Shown here piece after piece: positions 55,195 through 64,000 of a stretch of 64,000 nt of DNA. A program made the translations under genes and the position numbers. The notes below the pieces were generated by a model. That model was not told where the DNA came from. It searched no databases and was given only the letters and a program-made list of their open reading frames with translations. Each line of letters begins with the position of its first letter. Positions within the stretch are counted from its first letter, which is position 1. Source of the DNA: Candidatus Latescibacterota bacterium (lineage in GTDB: Bacteria; Latescibacterota; UBA2968; UBA8231); contig OZ242318.1 of NCBI GenBank assembly GCA_965208105.1, positions 3,200,001 through 3,264,000 of the forward strand, in the 5' to 3' direction.

Positions 55195-58092
55195 ATGGAC
55201 GTGCGCGACGACAAGAAGAGTTCCCCTAGCCGATTGGGTAAAGCCCAAAAGCGGTTGCTGCTGCTGGTCCTTGGGCTGGGTGTATTCATGCTGGCGGACA
55301 CGCTCTACCTGCTGGCCAATCGCTTGGCCGAGGTCCTGGGAATAAATTACTTTGCCATTACGGAGGTTTCTCTCCCCAGGTTTTATCAGGGGATGGTTTT
55401 GTCCCACACCGGGGTCGGCCTGGCCCTGGCTGCGCTCGCCCTTGGATTTGTGGTCTGGCACTTGCCCAGGGTGTGGCGGGCAAACCGCCGCCGGGCAATC
55501 ACCACGGGAGCCGCAACGGTTACCCTGGGTGGGGTCCTGACCGTTACCGGGCTTTTTATCCTCAGCGAAGCCAACAGCCGCGAGAACGCCTGGGCTTTCT
55601 GGATTCACGTCGCCGCCGCGGGGTTGTTGCCGGCTTTCTATCTGGCGCACAGGCGAATCTCCCTGTGGAAGCCCTCGGCCCGCAGCTACCGGGTTGTGCC
55701 CGGGGCGATAGTCGGACTTTTCGTGCTGGCGGTGGTACTCCACGGCCTCAGCTATGACCGGGACCCCTACACTCCCGCGGCCGAGAAAGCTTTTGCGGCA
55801 GGCTCCTACCTGGGACCAGGTTCCAAGCTGCAGAAAGTGGAAGATTATGCGGAGTCCGCGTTTGTTCCGGCCAATTTCGTACCGACCCAAAGCCCCTTTT
55901 TTCCAGCGGCCACGACCACCACGACCGGGAATTACCTTCCTTCGCGCATTATAACCCGTGGTGATCTATCCAATCCTGAGAAGCTGAAAAAGGAGATAGG
56001 TCGATACGGATTTGTAGCAGAGGAGCCGATTGGAGCCGAGACCTGTATCCGTTGCCATGCCGATATCGTCGAGCAGTGGTCCAGGTCGGCGCACCGCTTT
56101 GCCTCATTCAACAATCCCTTCTACGAAGCAACCATCAACGATTTGCGCGAGACCTCGGTTCACGGCAATGCTGAGGTCCGTGGCCATATCGACCACTTTG
56201 CCGGCCTGAAAGGCAAGGAAGGCCCGATCAAGTCCAAGTGGTGTTCGGGATGCCATGATCCGGCCCTGATGCTGGCCGGCAAGATGACCCAGCAGATCGA
56301 CCGTGAATCGCCCCAGGCCCAGGCAGGCCTCACCTGCCTGTCCTGCCATGCCATAGACCTCATCCACAACCAGACCGGAAACGGCAACTACAATATCGCC
56401 GACGAACAGGAGGACCCTTACCTCTTTGCAGAATCCGCCTCGGGCATGGGACGCATGATCCACGACGCGTCCTTGAAGGCGCGGCCTGCAGTTCACAAGC
56501 GCCAGATGCTCAAGGGATTCTTTCACACCTCGGAATTCTGCGCTACCTGTCACAAGGTCAGCCTGGATTCGCGCCTGAACGGATATCGCTGGCTCCGCGG
56601 CCAGGACGAGTACGACAACTGGCACGACAGCGGGGTGGCGCGCAACGCCGCCCGCACATTCTACCTGCCCGAGAAAGCCCGGGTCTGCCAGGACTGCCAC
56701 ATGCCACCCGAAAGGGCCTATCTGGGCGACGTTGCGGCAAAGGATGGATACGTGCGCTCGCACCGCTTTCTGGCGGTCAATACGGCACTGCCGTTCCTGC
56801 GCGGAGACGTGGAAACCATCGGGCGCATCGAGGCATTCTTGCAGGATGAAAAGCTCGGTGTCGATATTTTCGCTCTGCGCCGCGGCGAAGGAGAGATAAT
56901 CTACTCCCTGGACAGAACGCAGCCGTCACTGCGTCCCGGTGAGTCCTTTCAGTTCGATGTAGTGGTGCGCAACAAAGGTGTGGGGCACACTTTTCCAGGG
57001 GGAACCAACGACTCCAACGAGGGCTGGCTGGAGGTCTCGGTGCTGGATGGAGATGGAATCCTTCTGGCGCAAAGCGGCCAGGTACGCGATGACGGCCACG
57101 TCGACCCCGCAGCCCATTTCTACAAGGCTCTGCTGGTTGACCACCGCGGCGAGGGCATTCACAAGCGCAACGCCCAGGATATCGTCACCAGTGTCTATAC
57201 CCGCGTCATTGGTCCGGGTACGGCAGACGTTGCCCATTACAGCTTTCGCATACCGCGGGATTACGATGGTGCCCAGCTGACTCTCAAAGCCCGCCTGCTG
57301 TGGCGCAAGTTCGACCGCAAGTACACCGAATTTGCCTACCGCAACAACCCGGAGGGATTCACAGCCTTCGACAGGGTACCGGATCTTCCCGTCAGTCAAA
57401 TCGCCGCGGACGAGTTGATATTATCCGTAGGTGGAAGTGGAGGTGCTCTGGGCTCGCCGCTGGAGGAGGAATGGGTACGGTTCAATGACTACGGCATCGG
57501 CTTGCTCCTGCAGGAAGATACACAGGGGGCGGCCAGGGCTTTCGAGCAGGTGGTCGAATGGGCTCCGGAGCGCCTTGACGGATACCGCAATCTGGCGCGC
57601 GTGGCTTTGCGGGACGGCAACCTGGAGGCCGCATATGAATTCTTGCAGCGCTGCGAAGAAAGGGTGGAAGGAGATCCCCAGACCGCCTGGGTCTGGGGGA
57701 GGGTGCTGCAGGAGGATGGGCGTTACGAGGCGGCGGCGGCCGCCTATCGCCGCGTCCTTCACGATTTTCCCGACGACCGGGCGTCGTGGCGCAACCTGGG
57801 GCGCGTCCTCTACCTGGACAGCCGCTTCGAGGAGGCCCTGGCGGCCCTGAACCAGACCTTGCGAATCGATCCGGAGGACAGGATTGCCCATTACCACCGA
57901 ATGCTCTCCCTGCGGGCCCTGGGGCGCGAAGAAGAGGCGGGGATTGCGGCAGAGGCCTACAAGTATTACCAGATCGACGAATCTGCACAGGAGTTGACCC
58001 GGGCCTACCGATTGAAGCATCCTCACGACAACCGCGAAGCGCAGAGGATACACGTACACCCCTTGACCAAAACTACAAAGGCTGGTGTATGA
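55195..58092 (+). CDS. Membrane-anchored pentaheme c-type cytochrome with C-terminal TPRs
   Basis: About five N-terminal transmembrane helices with His residues; CIRCH, CSGCH, CLSCH, CATCH, CQDCH; GHTFPGG; TPRs. Confidence 0.85.
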   Translation: MDVRDDKKSSPSRLGKAQKRLLLLVLGLGVFMLADTLYLLANRLAEVLGINYFAITEVSLPRFYQGMVLSHTGVGLALAALALGFVVWHLPRVWRANRRRAITTGAATVTLGGVLTVTGLFILSEANSRENAWAFWIHVAAAGLLPAFYLAHRRISLWKPSARSYRVVPGAIVGLFVLAVVLHGLSYDRDPYTPAAEKAFAAGSYLGPGSKLQKVEDYAESAFVPANFVPTQSPFFPAATTTTTGNYLPSRIITRGDLSNPEKLKKEIGRYGFVAEEPIGAETCIRCHADIVEQWSRSAHRFASFNNPFYEATINDLRETSVHGNAEVRGHIDHFAGLKGKEGPIKSKWCSGCHDPALMLAGKMTQQIDRESPQAQAGLTCLSCHAIDLIHNQTGNGNYNIADEQEDPYLFAESASGMGRMIHDASLKARPAVHKRQMLKGFFHTSEFCATCHKVSLDSRLNGYRWLRGQDEYDNWHDSGVARNAARTFYLPEKARVCQDCHMPPERAYLGDVAAKDGYVRSHRFLAVNTALPFLRGDVETIGRIEAFLQDEKLGVDIFALRRGEGEIIYSLDRTQPSLRPGESFQFDVVVRNKGVGHTFPGGTNDSNEGWLEVSVLDGDGILLAQSGQVRDDGHVDPAAHFYKALLVDHRGEGIHKRNAQDIVTSVYTRVIGPGTADVAHYSFRIPRDYDGAQLTLKARLLWRKFDRKYTEFAYRNNPEGFTAFDRVPDLPVSQIAADELILSVGGSGGALGSPLEEEWVRFNDYGIGLLLQEDTQGAARAFEQVVEWAPERLDGYRNLARVALRDGNLEAAYEFLQRCEERVEGDPQTAWVWGRVLQEDGRYEAAAAAYRRVLHDFPDDRASWRNLGRVLYLDSRFEEALAALNQTLRIDPEDRIAHYHRMLSLRALGREEEAGIAAEAYKYYQIDESAQELTRAYRLKHPHDNREAQRIHVHPLTKTTKAGV

Positions 58093-59891
58093 GATGGTTT
58101 CTCCAGGTGCCTCTTGCATGCCTGGCGGTCGCCGCGCTGCTGTCCTGCGACGGCAATGACCGGAAGAGCCCGGCCCCGCCAGCCGACTATGCCCGCGCTC
58201 CATCTCTGGACTATGCCAGTTCGGGGGATCAAGTCCCTGCTCCCCGAGTAAATTTCGTAGATATTACCCGGGAAGCAGGCATCGATTTTCACCACGAAAC
58301 CGGTGCCGTGGGGAGTAAGTGGATGCCCGAGACCATGGGCAGCGGCTGCGCCCTTTTCGACTACGACGGTGACGACGACCTGGATATTCTGCTGGTAAAC
58401 AGCAACTGGTGGAGGGGGGAAGAGAGGGGAAGCCCACCCACCAGCAGACTTTACCGCAACCGGGGGGATGGCCTCTTCGAGGATGTCACTCTCCAGGCCG
58501 CCCTGGATTTTTCGGTCTACGGCATGGGAGTGACCATTGCCGACTACGATGCCGACGGGGACCCCGACGTCTACATGACGACCCTGGGGAAAAATTTGTT
58601 GCTGCGCAATGACCAGGGAAGATTTGTGGATTGTGCCGGGGAGGCAGGAGTAGCCGGGTCAGAGTGGACGGATGACAGTGGACGCCGGCATTCCGAGTGG
58701 TCCACGGCTGCCGCCTGGGTGGATGTCGACGGCGACGGCTGGCTCGATTTATTCTCGACCAACTACGTCCAGTGGTCTGCCGAGACCGATATATTCACTA
58801 CCCTGGACGGCAAACAAAAGTCCTATGCCACTCCCCAGCAGTACACAGGCTCGACCTGCCGGCTGTATCGCAACCGGGGCAACGGCACTTTTGATGAAAT
58901 TACAAGGGAGGCCGGGGTCTATCTGCCGAATGCCAAATCCATGGGGCTATGCGTTGCGGACCTCGATGGAGATGATGCGCCTGACCTGGTGATTACCAAC
59001 GATACGCAGCCGAATTTTCTATTGCGCAACCTGGGAGATGGCCGCTTCGAGGAAATAGGCCTTGAGGCTGGAATAGGCTTCGACGAAACCGGACGTGCGC
59101 GAGCCGGAATGGGAGTGGATATCAGCTCGCTGGGGAATGACGGAGTGCAGTCCATTGCCATCGGCAACTTCAGCCGCGAGGCCCTGTCGCTCTACCGGCA
59201 GACGGGGGAGGCCTTTCTGGACGTCGCTGGCAAGAGCCGCCTGGTCCAGCCGACTCTGCCGACCCTGACATTCGGGCTGCGGTTCTTCGACTACGACCTG
59301 GATGGTTTCCAGGATCTGATTCTGGCCAATGGCCACATCGAGCCGGAGATCAACAGTGTCCAGCGGGACATAGAGTACATGCAAAAACCCCAGCTGTTCT
59401 GGAACGATGGAACTGGTCGGATGATTGACTGTTCGGAACAGATCGGTGGTCCGTTCAGTCAGCCCTTTGTGGGGCGCGGCTTGGCCGTGGGGGATATCGA
59501 CGCTGACGGGGACATCGATGTTTTGTTTACAACCAACGGTGGCCCTGCGCGGCTTTTGAGAAACGACGGACCGACGGGCGGGTCGGTGGCATTGCACCTG
59601 AGGGGAGCGGGGAACAATCCGGATGCCCTGGGGGCCGTGGTAACGGCAATTGTGGGCGGTGGGCGAAGGCGACAGATGGCGCGGACGGGCTCCTCTTATT
59701 TGAGCCACAGCGCACCGATTCTGACTTTCGGGTTGGGAAGACAGGAGGCAATTGATCGTCTGGAGATCCTCTGGCCGGACGGGGAGCAGGAAGTAATGGA
59801 GGGACTCGAGGCAGGTTTTCAATACTGGATCGAGCAGAGCAGGGGGGTGGTCAGGATGAAGGCCTATTCGACTGTCCCCAGTTCCAATTGA
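58089..59891 (+). CDS. CRTAC1 / ASPIC-UnbV family FG-GAP repeat lipoprotein
   Basis: Lipobox LLSC; repeated DYDGDDD/DVDGDG/DLDG motifs; C-terminal ASPIC-UnbV (GSSYLS..LTFGLG..WPDG). Confidence 0.88.
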   Translation: MRWFLQVPLACLAVAALLSCDGNDRKSPAPPADYARAPSLDYASSGDQVPAPRVNFVDITREAGIDFHHETGAVGSKWMPETMGSGCALFDYDGDDDLDILLVNSNWWRGEERGSPPTSRLYRNRGDGLFEDVTLQAALDFSVYGMGVTIADYDADGDPDVYMTTLGKNLLLRNDQGRFVDCAGEAGVAGSEWTDDSGRRHSEWSTAAAWVDVDGDGWLDLFSTNYVQWSAETDIFTTLDGKQKSYATPQQYTGSTCRLYRNRGNGTFDEITREAGVYLPNAKSMGLCVADLDGDDAPDLVITNDTQPNFLLRNLGDGRFEEIGLEAGIGFDETGRARAGMGVDISSLGNDGVQSIAIGNFSREALSLYRQTGEAFLDVAGKSRLVQPTLPTLTFGLRFFDYDLDGFQDLILANGHIEPEINSVQRDIEYMQKPQLFWNDGTGRMIDCSEQIGGPFSQPFVGRGLAVGDIDADGDIDVLFTTNGGPARLLRNDGPTGGSVALHLRGAGNNPDALGAVVTAIVGGGRRRQMARTGSSYLSHSAPILTFGLGRQEAIDRLEILWPDGEQEVMEGLEAGFQYWIEQSRGVVRMKAYSTVPSSN

Positions 59892-59911
59892 CTGATTACA
59901 AGGAGTAAGTT

Positions 59912-60403
59912 ATGTCGTTGACTTGGGCGAAATGGCTGCTGGCGTGCTGCTTGATGGCGGTTGTTTTTCTGAGCGGGTGTTCCGATGAAGGATCAACTCT
60001 TGGTCCGGAGGGCGCTCCCGACAGCGGAGCACCGGCCACGGGTGGAGAGGGGGAGGGCAGCGACAACGGCGATGGAGGCCCCCAAGGGCCTACCCTTGCT
60101 CAGCTGAGTGCCGAGATCTTTACTCCGCGGTGCGCCACATCCGGATGTCATTCGGGGACGGATCCTTCACGGGGCCTATCGTTGGAAGAGGATCGAATCG
60201 CCAGGGGAACGATCAACGTGGACAGCAAAGGGTCGGACCTCAAGCTCGTTGACCCGGGCAATCCAGAGGGGAGTTATATGCTGCTGAAGGTGCGTGGAGA
60301 CGAAGGTATTTCCGGCTCCAGGATGCCGCCTTCCAGGTTTTTGAGCGCCGAGGAGATTGAGAAAATCCGTTCCTGGATTGCCTCGGGTGCACCGGTGCAA
60401 TGA
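59912..60403 (+). CDS. Lipoprotein with cytochrome c-like domain (CX4CH)
   Basis: Lipobox LSGC, Gly-rich linker, IFTPRCATSGCH, PG.PEGSY, RMPP, WIASGA. Confidence 0.7.
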   Translation: MSLTWAKWLLACCLMAVVFLSGCSDEGSTLGPEGAPDSGAPATGGEGEGSDNGDGGPQGPTLAQLSAEIFTPRCATSGCHSGTDPSRGLSLEEDRIARGTINVDSKGSDLKLVDPGNPEGSYMLLKVRGDEGISGSRMPPSRFLSAEEIEKIRSWIASGAPVQ

Positions 60404-60435
60404 GGGGTCCGGCGGTTGGAGCACGGGGCTGCGGG

Positions 60436-62400
60436 CTATCGGTTGCGGAGCAGTTCCTCCACCACAGAGGGGTCGGCCAGGGTGGAGATGTCTCCAATGT
60501 CTTCGGTCTCGTCGGTGGCGATCTTGCGCAGGATCCGGCGCATGATCTTGCCCGAGCGAGTCTTGGGCAGATTCGGTGCCCAGTGGATAACGTCAGGTGT
60601 TGCGATGGGGCCGATGACCTTGCGCACGTGCTGCTTCAGTTCGTCCCTGAGTTCGCCGGTGTAGTCGACCCCGACGTTTAGGGTGACATAGGCGTAAATG
60701 CCCTGCCCCTTCACTTCGTGAGGGAAACCGACAACGGCTGCTTCGGCGACATGAGCGTGGGCCACGAGCGCGCTCTCGACCTCGGCTGTGCCCATGCGGT
60801 GTCCGGAGATATTGATGACGTCGTCGACCCGACCGGTGATCCAGTAATATCCGTCCTCGTCCCGGCGGCAGCCGTCGCCAGTGAAGTAGTACCCTTTGTA
60901 TTGCTGGAAATAAGTGTCCTCGAAGCGCTTGTGGTCCCCGTACACCGTTCGCATCTGCCCGGGCCAGGGCCTTTTAATGGCCAGCACGCCTGCTCCTGCT
61001 CCCTCTAGTTCCTTTCCCGATTCAGGCTCGAGGACGGCGGGCTCGATTCCAAAGAAAGGCAGGGTCGCCGACCCCGGTTTGGCGGGAATGGCGCCGGGCA
61101 GCGGAGTGATGAGGATACCACCGGTCTCGGTCTGCCACCACGTGTCGACGATGGGACAACGTTCCTTGCCGGCGTTGACGTGGTACCAGCGCCAGGCTTC
61201 GGGATTGATGGGCTCCCCCACCGTGCCAAGAAGCCGCAGAGAAGGCATTTCGTACTTGGAAGGCCATTCCTCGCCTTCCCTGGATATGGCGCGAATGGCC
61301 GTTGGGGCGGTGTAAAACTGGTTGACCTTCCACTTTTCGATTACCTGCCAGTACCTGCCCGGGTCCGGATAGTTGGGAAGGCTCTCGAACATGATGGTAG
61401 TGGCGCCGTTGCCCAAGGGACCGTAGATGATGTAGGAGTGGCCGGTGACCCAGCCGATGTCTGCGGCGCAGAAGTAAATATCGCCCTCGTGATAGTCGAA
61501 GACGTACTTGTGGGTGACGGCCGTGTAGACCATGTAGCCGCCGACGTTGTGCTGAACTCCCTTGGGCTTTCCGGTGGAGCCGGAGGTGTAGAGCAGAAAG
61601 AGGGGATCCTCGGCGTCCATCTCCTCGCAGGGGCACTCGGAGGAGATTCCCTCCATCAGATCGTGCCACCAGAAGTCGCGGCCTTCCCGCATTTCACAGT
61701 CAAAAGTGGGGTTGCCGGCGACGCGCTGCACCACGATACAGGTCTCCACTGGTTTGCCTGTCTTCTTCTCGACCTCGACCATGGCCTGGTCTGCGGTGGG
61801 TTTCATCAGCACTGGCTTGTCGCCGCGATGGGTGCCATTGCATGTGATTACCGTCGTGCAGGTGGAGTCGGCAATGCGGTCGGCCAGGGAGTCGGCGGAG
61901 AAGCCGCCGAAGACGATGGAGTGGACGGCGCCGATGCGGGCACAGGCAAGCATGGCCACGGCCAGCTCGGGAATCATGGGCATGTAGATGGAGACGCGGT
62001 CCCCCTTCCCCACTCCTTTGGACTTGAGAACGTTTGCGAATTTGCACACCTGTTCGTGCAGCTGACCATAGGTCAGGGTGGCCTCCTCGCCCGGCTCGTT
62101 CCCCTCCCAGATTATGGCGACCTGGTCTCCCCGATTTTCAAGGTGGCGGTCCAGACAGTTGTAGGCGATGCTGGTCCTGCCGCCCTCGAACCACCTGATG
62201 AAAATGGGACCGGCATTCAAATCGTAGTTGTAGGAGTTGACCGTTTCCCACCTTTTGTACCAATGGAATTCCCCCGCTTTTTGCGCCCAAAAGATTTCGG
62301 GATCCTCAATGGACCTCTGATATTCCTCATGGTATTGGTCCAGGCTCTTAAGGTAGGCCCGGCGCTGGAAGGTGGGAGAAGGAGGGTAGATTTCCGCCAT
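60436..62400 (-). CDS. acs: Acetyl-CoA synthetase (AMP-forming)
   Basis: [47 protein letters not shown]. Confidence 0.97.
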   Translation of the reverse strand: MAEIYPPSPTFQRRAYLKSLDQYHEEYQRSIEDPEIFWAQKAGEFHWYKRWETVNSYNYDLNAGPIFIRWFEGGRTSIAYNCLDRHLENRGDQVAIIWEGNEPGEEATLTYGQLHEQVCKFANVLKSKGVGKGDRVSIYMPMIPELAVAMLACARIGAVHSIVFGGFSADSLADRIADSTCTTVITCNGTHRGDKPVLMKPTADQAMVEVEKKTGKPVETCIVVQRVAGNPTFDCEMREGRDFWWHDLMEGISSECPCEEMDAEDPLFLLYTSGSTGKPKGVQHNVGGYMVYTAVTHKYVFDYHEGDIYFCAADIGWVTGHSYIIYGPLGNGATTIMFESLPNYPDPGRYWQVIEKWKVNQFYTAPTAIRAISREGEEWPSKYEMPSLRLLGTVGEPINPEAWRWYHVNAGKERCPIVDTWWQTETGGILITPLPGAIPAKPGSATLPFFGIEPAVLEPESGKELEGAGAGVLAIKRPWPGQMRTVYGDHKRFEDTYFQQYKGYYFTGDGCRRDEDGYYWITGRVDDVINISGHRMGTAEVESALVAHAHVAEAAVVGFPHEVKGQGIYAYVTLNVGVDYTGELRDELKQHVRKVIGPIATPDVIHWAPNLPKTRSGKIMRRILRKIATDETEDIGDISTLADPSVVEELLRNR

Positions 62401-62482
62401 CGCGATGATCTCCTGGCTGAGTGATTCTTTTCCGATAGGGTGCGATAAGAAATCGGGTTTGCAAACCTTGCTTTTTCACCAA

Positions 62483-62511
62483 AGTATAATCCCTGCCTTG
62501 CTTCATCTCAA
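62483..62511 (-). promoter_or_regulatory. Sigma70-type promoter of acs
   Basis: TTGAGA, 17-bp spacer, TATACT on the minus strand. Confidence 0.55.
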
Positions 62512-62519
62512 GAGGAACA

Positions 62520-63104
62520 CTATCCGTCTGAAAGGGGCCCTCCGCTCCTCAGCCATTGCAGGGCGATGATCGTCTTGGCGTCGAGGATACGCCCCGCTTC
62601 GAGCATGTCCCATGCCTTTTCGAGGGGAATCTCGACCACTTCGATATCTTCCCCTTCTTCCTCGAGGCCCCCTCCACTTTTGCCGGAAGCCCGAATGCCC
62701 ACCTCGGCGTAGAAGAGGTGGATCCTTTCTGAAGAACCGCCCGGGCTCAGGTAGAAGGAGGAGATGGAATCGAGTTTTTCAGTTGTGTAGCCGGTCTCCT
62801 CCAAAATTTCCCTTCGCATGGCGGCTCGGGGATTTTCGACCGGGCCGAGGACGCCGGCGACGACTTCCAGGATCCAACCTGAGCCGTGCACGTTGGCCGA
62901 ATATCTGAACTGCCGCACCAGGACGACCTCCTCCGTGTCAGGCTTGAAGAGGAGGGCGGCGACCCCGTCCCCCCGGTCGAGGTGGAGTCGGCGCAGGGAC
63001 CTGGTCATCCGGCCGTCGGCTCGTTCGTGGCGGAGGACGACTTCATCTACTTTGAAAAAGTCGTCCAGTATCCGCTTCCGTGACTGAATTTCAACTTTTC
63101 TCAT
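62520..63104 (-). CDS. NUDIX hydrolase (ADP-ribose/GDP-mannose pyrophosphatase-like)
   Basis: RQFRY, AG...RREILEETG Nudix box, SPGGSSE, EGEDIE, DAKT. Confidence 0.9.
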   Translation of the reverse strand: MRKVEIQSRKRILDDFFKVDEVVLRHERADGRMTRSLRRLHLDRGDGVAALLFKPDTEEVVLVRQFRYSANVHGSGWILEVVAGVLGPVENPRAAMRREILEETGYTTEKLDSISSFYLSPGGSSERIHLFYAEVGIRASGKSGGGLEEEGEDIEVVEIPLEKAWDMLEAGRILDAKTIIALQWLRSGGPLSDG

Positions 63105-63223
63105 GGGTATGTGCACTCTGTGGAATGGTTCGACGGCCGTCGGGAGCGGGGCGCGGGAATGGGTGGCGCAATATTGCCGATCAATCTCTGCGGCGGGACG
63201 CCAGGGCGGAATCCCACTGCTTC

Positions 63224-64000
63224 TTACAGCAAGGCTGTTTCCTGGAACACGCTTCCCACGATCTGGACTTCGGCTTCATCCCCGGCGGGTACTTTCTCTC
63301 CGGGGTTCAGGATGACGATGCCGTTGGTACCCAGCATGGAGCTGAGCATGTGCGATCCCTGTTTCCCGTGAACGGTCGCCCACAGCCGGCCGCTCTCGTA
63401 GCGCAGGCGTGCGCGGAGGTACTCGCGCCGGTTCCCGTCGTTTTGGAGGTCGTGGTCAATTGCGGCCCGAGCGGTGGGTAGAAGCCACTTGTCCTCGGGA
63501 TAGGAAGAGGCCTTGCGGATGGCCGGACGCACGAACTGCAGGAAGGAAATTACGCCGGACACGGGATTGCCCGGCAGGCCGAAATAGGGTTTGTCCTGGA
63601 TGGTACAGAAGAACAGTGGCCTGCCCGGCTTCATGGATACGCGCCAGAGGCCGATTTCGGCCCCCAGATCGTCGAGGACCTTCTTGACATAATCGTGCTC
63701 TCCCACAGAGACGCCCCCGGATGACAGGATGAAGTCTGCGCCCGAGACCGCCTCGATGGCGAGGCGGATATCGGATTCGCTGTCGCGGACGATGGGCACC
63801 ATCCAGGGCAGTGCATGGTGGGTGCGGGCCAACGCCGCAAGAGCATAGGTGTTGCTGTCGACGATCTTGCCAGGCTCCAGGGGCTGACCCAGTTCCACGA
63901 GTTCGTCACCAGTCGAGAGGATGGCCAGGGTGGGCATGCGGAATACCGGCACGGAGGCATACTGCTGGGAAGCGAGGACAGCAAGTTCGCCAGGTCCGCA
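63224..64000 (-). CDS. moeA: Molybdopterin molybdotransferase, 3' part (5' end beyond the window)
   Basis: STGDEL, DSN, SSGGVSVG, MKPGRP, GLPGNPVS, QGSH; frame open to the window edge. Confidence 0.93.
   Translation of the reverse strand, partial: CGPGELAVLASQQYASVPVFRMPTLAILSTGDELVELGQPLEPGKIVDSNTYALAALARTHHALPWMVPIVRDSESDIRLAIEAVSGADFILSSGGVSVGEHDYVKKVLDDLGAEIGLWRVSMKPGRPLFFCTIQDKPYFGLPGNPVSGVISFLQFVRPAIRKASSYPEDKWLLPTARAAIDHDLQNDGNRREYLRARLRYESGRLWATVHGKQGSHMLSSMLGTNGIVILNPGEKVPAGDEAEVQIVGSVFQETALL

Noticed and set aside
57786-58088. Extended N-terminus of the ASPIC/UnbV protein
   Set aside because: Overlaps the cytochrome gene; ATG 58089 gives a clean lipoprotein signal and ATGA coupling

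Overview
GC-rich bacterial chromosomal window; the gene styles suggest a Latescibacterota-like or other FCB/PVC-adjacent lineage (inference only). Left to right: partial FKBP-type PPIase; a putative catabolic operon (HpcH aldolase-bicupin fusion, 2-hydroxyacid dehydrogenase, bicupin, DUF3500); hemF; uxuA; an aromatic amino acid superoperon (Trp-rich leader and attenuator, fused trpE(G), trpG, trpD, trpC, trpS, chorismate mutase, tyrA, degenerate aroA-like gene, aroE, argS, aroK, aroB); rimO; BatA/vWA and PTS IIA genes; a ~22 kb surface polysaccharide region; aldolases; a secreted (CGDGDG)n protein; uppP; ackA; a membrane multiheme cytochrome/TPR + ASPIC-UnbV + cytochrome lipoprotein module; acs; NUDIX; partial moeA. 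Top observation: an IS110/IS1111-type element sits exactly at the CTAG end of a 160-bp MITE-like repeat, and its right non-coding end folds into a bridge-RNA-like structure whose loops match both the MITE terminus and the IS end. Also notable: a prephenate dehydrogenase with no convincing start codon behind a CTT-TAA site, an intact AroA homologue lacking nearly all catalytic motifs, and the Cys/Gly/Asp repeat protein. No rRNA, tRNA or CRISPR array was seen. All calls are by eye, without database searches.
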